Assembly (NCBI RefSeq): GCF_014280195.1
Contig: NZ_CP047960.1
Location: forward strand, 750,001 to 782,000
Length of the DNA stretch: 32,000 bases
From: Synechococcus sp. A15-24
Lineage (GTDB): Bacteria; Cyanobacteriota; Cyanobacteriia; PCC-6307; Cyanobiaceae
Direction: 5' to 3'
The translations under genes and the position numbers were made by a program. The notes beneath the pieces were generated by a model. The model was not told the DNA's origin and did no database searches. It saw only the letters and a list, made by a program, of their open reading frames with translations. The stretch's first letter is position 1, and each line of letters starts with the position of its first letter. Below, piece by piece: positions 9,469 to 15,526 of the stretch.

Positions 9469-9998
9469 AGACGTTGATGGTGGCTGCCGGCATCAGCACT
9501 CTGTTGATGCACAGTCCTGCCCTGGCCCATGAGAGCGCGAAGGTGCTGAGCATTCACAACGGGCAGCAACTGTTGATTGACGTGAACGGTCAAGGCAGAA
9601 CCCTGCGCCTGGCTTGTCTGCAGGCTCCCCGCAGCCAACAGCGCCTGGCTTGTCTGCAGGCTCCCCGCAGCCAACAGCGCCCCTGGTCAACCCGCGCATT
9701 GGCTGTCATTCAGGAACTGGTTCGTCCTGGGGATGTGGGCGACTTCGAGCTCAGAGCGAGGGATGTTTACGGCCGTCTTGTGGGCCGGTTCTTGATCAAC
9801 GGGCAGGACCTGGGTGCCGAACTGGTCCGTCGCGGTGCGGTGTTCTCCTGGGATGGATTCCTGGGCCGCTGTGATGACCTCGACTACGACGGCATTGAGG
9901 CCAAGGCTCAAGCGGCTCGACGCCGCATCTGGTCTGCGTCAGCTGGAGTGAAGCGGCCTTGGGATGTGATGGAAGCCTTCAACGACGGCGAACCCTGA
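9465..9998 (+). CDS. Secreted staphylococcal-nuclease (SNase/thermonuclease) fold protein, catalytic residues substituted
   Basis: A TTG at 9465 overlaps the arsJ stop (TTGA) and gives the signal peptide [21 protein letters not shown]|HE. An ATG at 9477 is the alternative start. It aligns without gaps to SNase around [10 protein letters not shown] (here LRLACLQAPR), YGR, LVRxG and IWS. The ORF-track start at 9057 lies inside arsJ. Confidence 0.7.
   Translation: MKTLMVAAGISTLLMHSPALAHESAKVLSIHNGQQLLIDVNGQGRTLRLACLQAPRSQQRLACLQAPRSQQRPWSTRALAVIQELVRPGDVGDFELRARDVYGRLVGRFLINGQDLGAELVRRGAVFSWDGFLGRCDDLDYDGIEAKAQAARRRIWSASAGVKRPWDVMEAFNDGEP
9605..9676 (+). repeat. Perfect 36-bp x 2 tandem duplication, in frame, inside the SNase-like gene
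   Basis: GCGCCTGGCTTGTCTGCAGGCTCCCCGCAGCCAACA occurs at 9605-9640 and again at 9641-9676. The next 5 nt (GCGCC, 9677-9681) repeat the unit start. At protein level the duplicated segment is LACLQAPRSQQR. Confidence 0.97.
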
Positions 9999-10325
9999 GT
10001 GCCGGCTGAGGGATTTCAAATCGGTCGCCGTGCACACACCAGTTCTGAGGGGCATGTCACTGAATGGGATGGAGATGAAGTTGTGCCCATGACTGTTGAG
10101 CCAGGCAGCACCGATTGCCGTTTGTTGATTGATGCCAAGCGATCCCTGGAGGATGTTCTGAAGACGTTGGCGGATCTTCCCCACACCGATCACATCCGCC
10201 AGCAGTTGCTGGCAGTTCACAACCAGTTGGAGGGGATGCATGATTTGAAGAGAGCCGGCGGTGCCGGTGTGTCCTTCCGATCCTCGTCTTGGTGTTCGAA
10301 AACGACCGACGTCCTGGCTGGTTGA
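9999..10325 (+). CDS. Hypothetical small protein (start uncertain: GTG 9999 or ATG 10089)
   Basis: The ORF begins directly after the SNase-like stop (TGAGTG). The C-terminal two thirds (MTVEPGSTDCRLLIDAKRSLEDVLKTLADLPHTDHIRQQLLAVHNQLEGMHDL...) look like a helical protein. Codon bias is only moderate. Confidence 0.35.
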   Translation: MPAEGFQIGRRAHTSSEGHVTEWDGDEVVPMTVEPGSTDCRLLIDAKRSLEDVLKTLADLPHTDHIRQQLLAVHNQLEGMHDLKRAGGAGVSFRSSSWCSKTTDVLAG

Positions 10326-10413
10326 ATTGGGTTTTTCTGGCAATATTTCTCTGGTCGTCCTGGCAACTGGTGGGCTTCTGGGTGCAGCAGCTTCAACGTT
10401 GATCCGAGCTGGA

Positions 10414-10665
10414 TCAGGCGAAGCTCACTAGCCTGACTGTTCCCCAGAGGTCGAACACGCAGAAGATCAGTCCGATCACGATGATGTCCCAGGCTCGATG
10501 ACGGATGGCCCATGGGGCCAGGAACAATTCGGCAATGCCGTGGAGTGCTGTACCGAGGGCAATGTGTTCGAGCACCAGCAACCCATGGGCCAGGAGGAAA
10601 AGTCCACTGGCCACGCACCGCATCACAACCTGCCAGTTTCCAAGCAATGTCTTGATTCCTGGCAT
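10414..10665 (-). CDS. Hypothetical small membrane protein (83 aa, 2-3 TM)
   Basis: The translation is hydrophobic: VASGLFLLAHGLLVLEHIALGTALHGIAELFLAPW...DIIVIGLIFCVFDLWG. Confidence 0.55.
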   Translation of the reverse strand: MPGIKTLLGNWQVVMRCVASGLFLLAHGLLVLEHIALGTALHGIAELFLAPWAIRHRAWDIIVIGLIFCVFDLWGTVRLVSFA

Positions 10666-10722
10666 GGAAGATCAGAAGGTTACGTGGGTTGCGCTCACGG
10701 CTCAAGGGCTTGACTGGCCACA

Positions 10723-10742
10723 ATGTAACAACCTTGTTACAT
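10723..10742. promoter_or_regulatory. Perfect 9-2-9 palindrome, candidate operator between divergent small genes
   Basis: ATGTAACAA-CC-TTGTTACAT ends 7 nt before the ATG at 10750. A TTGACT (-35-like) lies at 10710-10715. Confidence 0.4.
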
Positions 10743-10749
10743 CCTTCTC

Positions 10750-10938
10750 ATGACTCTCGGCGAAGTTCTCCTCTCGTCCCTCAGCAGTGGCGTGATCACC
10801 CAGGACGAGGTGGATTGGGTCACCTGTCACCAGCATTGCTTCAGTCGCGAGGAGGTGGCCTCGGCCCTTCGCCTCGGAAGGCTCATCGACACTGGCGACG
10901 TCAATTTGGGTTGCCGCCTGCCCTTGTTTGTTCGCTGA
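10750..10938 (+). CDS. Hypothetical small protein (62 aa)
   Basis: It has an ATG start and a strong G/C preference at third codon positions. The protein is MTLGEVLLSSLSSGVITQDEVDWVTCHQHCFSREEVASALRLGRLIDTGDVNLGCRLPLFVR. Confidence 0.6.
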   Translation: MTLGEVLLSSLSSGVITQDEVDWVTCHQHCFSREEVASALRLGRLIDTGDVNLGCRLPLFVR

Positions 10939-10953
10939 GGTCAGACTGGTGGT

Positions 10954-11181
10954 ATGCGGAGAGAACGTTGCTGGGTTTGGTTCCGTGGCGGTCTGAATGA
11001 GTCCAGCCGCTGGGTGGGTGGTTTTCAGGCCACCATCGATGCGGAGCGGGGTGTTTTGATTCAGCATCCCGGCTACAGGGATGCCCGTGTGCCCACCTGG
11101 CGTGTCACCACCGTTGAACCTGACGATCTGGAAGCTCCGCCAGAAGGGCTGGATGAATCCGGTCCGTGGCAGTTCTTCTGA
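10954..11181 (+). CDS. Hypothetical small protein (75 aa, Trp-rich)
   Basis: It has an ATG start and codon bias consistent with the host genome. I recognised no family. Confidence 0.5.
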   Translation: MRRERCWVWFRGGLNESSRWVGGFQATIDAERGVLIQHPGYRDARVPTWRVTTVEPDDLEAPPEGLDESGPWQFF

Positions 11182-11189
11182 CGCACCCC

Positions 11190-11420
11190 ATGCAGCAAAA
11201 TGGATTCAGTTCATTGCTGAGCCCTGTGGCAACCGCTGCTGAGAAAAAGGTCATCGTCAAGAAACGCCTGCAGGAGCTCCGCAACATGTGCAGGGATCAC
11301 TACGCCGTTGTGGCTGAAGAAAGCACGATGCCCGACCCGGCTGACGTTAGGGCCACGAATGCCAAATTGCAGGAGCTGATGGATCTTCTGGATGGCAAGG
11401 CCAAGTGGGACGACGCTTGA
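11190..11420 (+). CDS. Hypothetical small protein (about 76 aa, helical, acidic C-terminus)
   Basis: I chose the ATG at 11190 (MQQNGFSSLL...). The ORF-track GTG at 11166 overlaps the previous gene. Confidence 0.5.
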   Translation: MQQNGFSSLLSPVATAAEKKVIVKKRLQELRNMCRDHYAVVAEESTMPDPADVRATNAKLQELMDLLDGKAKWDDA

Positions 11421-11434
11421 GCTAAGTCGTCGTC

Positions 11435-11484
11435 GAAGAATCCGAATACATACCAATCTGTGATTTGTATTCGAATCATTCTTC
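11435..11484. other. Long imperfect AT-rich hairpin between convergent genes (possible bidirectional terminator or small RNA)
   Basis: It has three stems: GAAGAAT/ATTCTTC (7 bp), CGAATACA/TGTATTCG (8 bp) and AATC/GATT (4 bp). It sits in an approximately 100-nt AT-rich spacer. A T6 run lies at 11513-11518. Confidence 0.45.
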
Positions 11485-11521
11485 AAGTAGATTCTGATTT
11501 TAGAAACCCAAATTTTTTGGA

Positions 11522-12433
11522 TCAGTCTTTGTAGGGGTAATTGTTGGGCACAAAGAACTGCTCGTTTAAGGGCGGCCGTTTGTAGTCACCTTGCTCGGGA
11601 CGCGCAGGCATCTCGATTGGAGGAGGTGACATGTCTTCATAGGGGACTTTGCTCAGCACATGGCGCAGGCAGTTGAGGCGTGCCCGACGCTTGTCGTTGG
11701 CTTCAACGGTAAACCAGGGAGCCTCAGGGATATGCGTTTTGGAGAACATGATGTCCTTCGCTTTGGAATATTCCACCCAGCGAATTCGGGACTCGATGTC
11801 CATCGGGCTGAGTTTCCAGCGACGTTCCTCACAGTCAATCCTTGACTGGAAACGTTTCTCCTGCTCTTCGTCATTGATGGAGAACCAGTATTTGAGCAGC
11901 AGGATTCCGTCCTGCACCAGCATCCGTTCGAACTGAGGGCATGCCACGTAGAACTGCTCCACCTGTTCCTCGGTGGCAAATCCCATCACCCGCTCAACAC
12001 CTGCCCGGTTGTACCAGCTGCGGTCAAAGACCACGATCTCACCGGCACTGGGGAAGTGCTCCACGTAGCGCTGGAAATACCACTGGGTCTTCTGTTGATC
12101 AGACGGCGTCCCCAAGGCGACCACGCGGCAGCCCCGTGGATTCATCGGCTCTGTTAAACGCTTTATCGAACCGCCTTTGCCTGCGGCATCCCGTCCTTCA
12201 AACAGGACGATCATGCGGAATCCGGTGGCCTTGACCCAGTACTGCATCTTGACGAGCTCAGATTGCAGCTTCGCCAGTTCCTTCTCGTAGGTCTTTTTTT
12301 CCAGGCGTTTGTGGTCGCTGGAAAACCCCTCCTGCAGCTCCACCAGGATCTCCTGCGGGTGATCGACGTCACCATCGCTGTGGTCCAGAGCATCGAGCAC
12401 CGCAGCCATGTCGTGCTTGTGGTTCTTGCTCAT
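11522..12433 (-). CDS. ppk2: Polyphosphate kinase 2 (single-domain PPK2)
   Basis: The 303-aa protein reads MIVLFEGRDAAGKGGSIKRL (Walker A)...FDRSWYNRAGVERVMGF...W.LSP.D, the PPK2 family signature. Confidence 0.9.
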   Translation of the reverse strand: MSKNHKHDMAAVLDALDHSDGDVDHPQEILVELQEGFSSDHKRLEKKTYEKELAKLQSELVKMQYWVKATGFRMIVLFEGRDAAGKGGSIKRLTEPMNPRGCRVVALGTPSDQQKTQWYFQRYVEHFPSAGEIVVFDRSWYNRAGVERVMGFATEEQVEQFYVACPQFERMLVQDGILLLKYWFSINDEEQEKRFQSRIDCEERRWKLSPMDIESRIRWVEYSKAKDIMFSKTHIPEAPWFTVEANDKRRARLNCLRHVLSKVPYEDMSPPPIEMPARPEQGDYKRPPLNEQFFVPNNYPYKD

Positions 12434-12509
12434 CAGGCTTGTGAATTTTCAAGCCCTTTTTGGCAGTGGCGGGTTAAACCGTCGTGTGCCGATCATGATT
12501 TTTGAATAT

Positions 12510-13844
12510 TCATCCCTTGGCCTGCCCCTCTGAAGGAAGGGTCAACACCACGGCGAATCGGCCGGGGTTGCCGGGTCCCCTGCGGACGGTCACTGTCCCG
12601 TCGTGGTGCTGCATCACATGGTTCACAATGGCTAGACCGAGTCCGCAATGGCCCTGCTGTCCGCGGGCCTCATCGAGCCTCTGAAAAGGTTGCAGGGCAC
12701 GGCTCCACTGCGCGGTCGGAACGCCTGATCCCTGATCCCAAACCTCAAGGCTGGTGCCGTCCTTGGTCGTCAGGAGGCGGATCACAATCGGTGGTTTGCC
12801 ATAGGTGAAGGCATTGTCGATCAGGTTGCTGACGGCTCTGCCCAGTGCAATCGGGCGGATGCGGGCCTGAACAGGTGTTGGTTCGAGATGCAGTTGCTCG
12901 CTCGGGTAGCTGGCCACCACTTCTGCCAGCCACAGCTCCAAGGGACAGACCACCGGCGCCTCACGCTCTCCGCCTCCGGCATACATGAGGAACTGACTGG
13001 TGATGCGCTCGAGTGACTCAAGGTCATGGCGACAGCGCTGGCGTTCGGTGGCATCCAGGCTTGGCAGCGCCAGACGAAACTGCAGGCGGGTGATCGGAGC
13101 CCTCAGGTCGTGGGCAATGCAGGCCAGCATCGTTGCTCGTTCCTGACGGTTGGCAGCCAGGCGCTGCACCATTGCATTGAACCGTCGGGTGATGCGTTGC
13201 ACCTCAGGGGCACCTTGTGCCTGGAGGGCAGGAGGGTCGTTGCCCTCACCAACGCGAGCCAGGCCCCGCTCCAGACCACGCAGTGGCTGTTCAACTTCCT
13301 TGAGCAGATACACCACACCGGTGATGATCACAGCCCCCACCAAGGCGATCAGCATCAGCATCGGATCAGGTGGCCAGCGGCGGGTGGCTGGAATCGCGCT
13401 ACGCAGCCAGACCGGCTCGAGGGGTGAGATCAATTCGATCCAGATCTGCTGGCCCCCCCCTTGAACTGCTGTCGTCTCGCCGGAGGTTGCCGGCAGCAGC
13501 ATCGGGCAATGGGACAGACGTGAGCAGAGCTCCTGTTGTAATTCACGCCGCCGATCGTCATTGGAGCGGTCGTCCCTCTCCGGTCCTGGGGGCTGGACCG
13601 CAATCACCAGATCCAACCCCGTGAGCTCCTTGATCAGCGCTGGTGGATAGCGCTCCAGGGTGAGTTCTGTAAGGCGGATATTCAGGGCCAGATCCCGTCC
13701 CAGCTGAAGGGTCTGAAGCCGGTTCAGTTCCCGGCCGAAGAGGAGCTGCATCAACATCAGACACAACAACCAGCTGCCCAGCAGCAAGGAACTCCAGCCA
13801 CTGATCTGAAGCATCAGCGACCTCAGAACGAGGGCACGGGTCAT
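12510..13844 (-). CDS. Sensor histidine kinase, EnvZ-like (2 TM, periplasmic loop, HAMP, HisKA, HATPase)
   Basis: The H-box is ACIAHDLRAPITRL, the N-box is VSNLIDNAFTYG and the G-box is GLGLAIV. I chose the ATG at 13844 (MTRALVLRSLM...), 1 nt after the response-regulator stop. The ORF-track start at 13991 lies inside the response-regulator gene. Confidence 0.85.
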   Translation of the reverse strand: MTRALVLRSLMLQISGWSSLLLGSWLLCLMLMQLLFGRELNRLQTLQLGRDLALNIRLTELTLERYPPALIKELTGLDLVIAVQPPGPERDDRSNDDRRRELQQELCSRLSHCPMLLPATSGETTAVQGGGQQIWIELISPLEPVWLRSAIPATRRWPPDPMLMLIALVGAVIITGVVYLLKEVEQPLRGLERGLARVGEGNDPPALQAQGAPEVQRITRRFNAMVQRLAANRQERATMLACIAHDLRAPITRLQFRLALPSLDATERQRCRHDLESLERITSQFLMYAGGGEREAPVVCPLELWLAEVVASYPSEQLHLEPTPVQARIRPIALGRAVSNLIDNAFTYGKPPIVIRLLTTKDGTSLEVWDQGSGVPTAQWSRALQPFQRLDEARGQQGHCGLGLAIVNHVMQHHDGTVTVRRGPGNPGRFAVVLTLPSEGQAKG

Positions 13845-13845
13845 C

Positions 13846-14580
13846 TCAGCGCGAGCGCGGCGTGCCGTCCGGGACAAAGACGTAGCCGTATCCCCACACG
13901 GTCTGGATGTAGCGAGGCCGGGTTGGATCGGGCTCCACCAGTTTGCGAACTCTGGACACCTGCACATCCATGCTGCGACTGTCGGTTTCACTGCCGGGGC
14001 CCCGGGCCAGTTCGATCAATCGTTCTCTGGACAAAGGACGGTGGGGGTGCTGAACAAAGGCCGACAGCAGGCTGAATTCACCGCTGGTGATGATTTCCGC
14101 CGTGCTGCCCTTCATCAAGGTACGGGCGGAGAGGTCCAGCACGTTTTCTCCAAAATGCACCTGCTCTCCATCCACCAGCGGCGTCCCTGCTGGTATCGCC
14201 ATGCGACGGCGTAGCACCGCATCGATTCGAGCGGTCAGTTCACGTGGGAGGAAGGGCTTGCCCAGGTAGTCATCGGCGCCCTGCTCCAGCCCGATGATTC
14301 GATCCACCGCCTCCCCCCGCGCCGTCAACATCACGACGGGCAGATCATCGCCAGCATCCCGGAGTCGTCTCAGGGCTGTCAAACCGTCGTCGCCGGGCAG
14401 CATCACATCGAGGACCAACAAGTCGGGGCGCTGACATTCCAGCCGCGCCTCCAACTGCTTGACGTCGCAGAGGCAGCGCACGTCATAGCCCTGATCGATC
14501 AGGTAAGTCCCCACCATTTTGCGCAGCTCCGGGTCGTCATCCACCACCCAGACCATCGACGTCTTCGACATTACAGTCAT
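13846..14580 (-). CDS. OmpR-family response regulator (receiver plus winged-helix)
   Basis: The translation reads VWVVDDDPELRKMV...LLVLDVMLPGDDGL...MLTARGE..DRIIGLEQGADDYLGKPF.PREL.ARI.AVLRR plus the C-terminal VWGYGYVF. It closely parallels E. coli OmpR. Alternative starts are at 14571 and 14556. Confidence 0.9.
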   Translation of the reverse strand: MTVMSKTSMVWVVDDDPELRKMVGTYLIDQGYDVRCLCDVKQLEARLECQRPDLLVLDVMLPGDDGLTALRRLRDAGDDLPVVMLTARGEAVDRIIGLEQGADDYLGKPFLPRELTARIDAVLRRRMAIPAGTPLVDGEQVHFGENVLDLSARTLMKGSTAEIITSGEFSLLSAFVQHPHRPLSRERLIELARGPGSETDSRSMDVQVSRVRKLVEPDPTRPRYIQTVWGYGYVFVPDGTPRSR

Positions 14581-14708
14581 CGTCTCTTTGGATGGTATGT
14601 AGCTCCAGGCATGACGTCTCTTTGCAGGCGCATCCAGTCACAGCTTTGAGGCTGGCGGTCATGCCTGAGTCATCGGCAATGCCCTTGACGCTCCATAGGC
14701 TGTGGCTC

Positions 14709-15170
14709 ATGAAGGTCCCCGTCATGATCGCGGCTGCATCGGCGAATCTGATGCTGGTCAATGGGCTGGCCTGGTCCATGCCGGATCAAGGCTCAATGCG
14801 GGTGTACAACCAGCGGATGGAATCGTTGTTTCTGCGGCTCGACTCGGATGGCAACGGCCGACTCGAGCATCAGGAATTAAATGGCCGTCCTGCCTTTCAG
14901 CGCCAGTTGAAACGGAAGACGGGGAGGGATTTCCTGCTGCTGGAGGACATACGGACCCAGAAGGGAACAGTGCGGGGTCAACGGCTGACACGCCGGTTTC
15001 GAGGGGCTGATCGCAATTCAGATCGCCGGCTTAACCGCAGGGAGGCCGCCCGTCTTCCCTGGATTGAACGACATTTCGATGGTCTTGACCGGAACAGGGA
15101 TGGTCATGTGACGCTGGAGGAACTTTGGGATTTGCAGCGCTCCTTGGCTCCGCGTCAACGGCGCCCTTGA
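14709..15170 (+). CDS. Secreted EF-hand calcium-binding protein (three EF-hand loops)
   Basis: The signal peptide is MKVPVMIAAASANLMLVNGLAWS. The loops DSDGNGRLEHQE, DRNSDRRLNRRE and DRNRDGHVTLEE fit the 12-residue D-x-[DN]-x-[DN]-G-x-[ILV]-x-x-x-E pattern. The ORF-track start at 14592 is less likely. Confidence 0.75.
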   Translation: MKVPVMIAAASANLMLVNGLAWSMPDQGSMRVYNQRMESLFLRLDSDGNGRLEHQELNGRPAFQRQLKRKTGRDFLLLEDIRTQKGTVRGQRLTRRFRGADRNSDRRLNRREAARLPWIERHFDGLDRNRDGHVTLEELWDLQRSLAPRQRRP

Positions 15171-15526
15171 TGTTTGGGTGGAAAGAAGAGCATCCTCAGC
15201 AATCTGAGCAACCGCCAAAGCCCTGCGAGCATCAGCACCGCGGCAAGAATGACCAATGCGGCGATCAGAACGACGCCTCCCAGGCCGAGCATGGCGCTGA
15301 GCAGCTGTTGGATGCCGCTGATCAGATCGGAGATGGCCTGGCTGACCAGCACCATCAGATCCACTTGTTCGGGAAGTCGCTGCAGCAGCACAACAATGCC
15401 GATGCCGCTCGACAGCAGCAGCAGGATCACGAGCAGATGTCTAATCACCATCCCGACGGGGAGCCGACGTCTCCGCCGGAAGACGCGACGCTGACTGCGT
15501 TGGGAGGGACGAGCGAGTTTGCTCAT
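15155..15526 (-). CDS. Hypothetical membrane protein (123 aa) with an Arg-rich N-terminus and 2-3 TM
   Basis: I chose the ATG at 15526 (MSKLARPSQRSQRRVFRRRRRLPVG...), which overlaps the stop of the upstream gene (ATGA). Codon bias is good. The 3' end overlaps the convergent EF-hand gene by 16 nt. Confidence 0.6.
   Translation of the reverse strand: MSKLARPSQRSQRRVFRRRRRLPVGMVIRHLLVILLLLSSGIGIVVLLQRLPEQVDLMVLVSQAISDLISGIQQLLSAMLGLGGVVLIAALVILAAVLMLAGLWRLLRLLRMLFFPPKHQGRR

Noticed and set aside
10723-10742. I considered reading the 9-2-9 palindrome as an NtcA (GTA-N8-TAC) site.
   Set aside because: The GTA and TAC triplets are separated by 10 nt, not 8, so it does not fit the NtcA consensus. 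It is kept as an orphan operator candidate instead.
12434-12509. I searched for a cyanobacterial Pho box (tandem PyTTAAPyPy(T/A) repeats at 11-bp phasing) upstream of ppk2, and also upstream of gap (7136-7195) and of the EF-hand gene (14581-14708).
   Set aside because: I found only a single TTTAACCC-like octamer upstream of ppk2, with no phased partners, and nothing convincing at the other two regions. A Pho regulon link therefore cannot be claimed from sequence.
12510-13991. The ORF track gives a 493-aa version of the histidine kinase starting at 13991.
   Set aside because: The first 49 codons overlap the response-regulator 3' end. The ATG at 13844, 1 nt after the regulator stop, gives a normal N-terminal TM helix.
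13846-14580. I considered naming the two-component genes phoB/phoR.
   Set aside because: The regulator is generic OmpR-family. The kinase has a large periplasmic loop, HAMP and an EnvZ-like H-box rather than a PAS-containing PhoR/SphS architecture. Orthology cannot be decided without a phylogeny.
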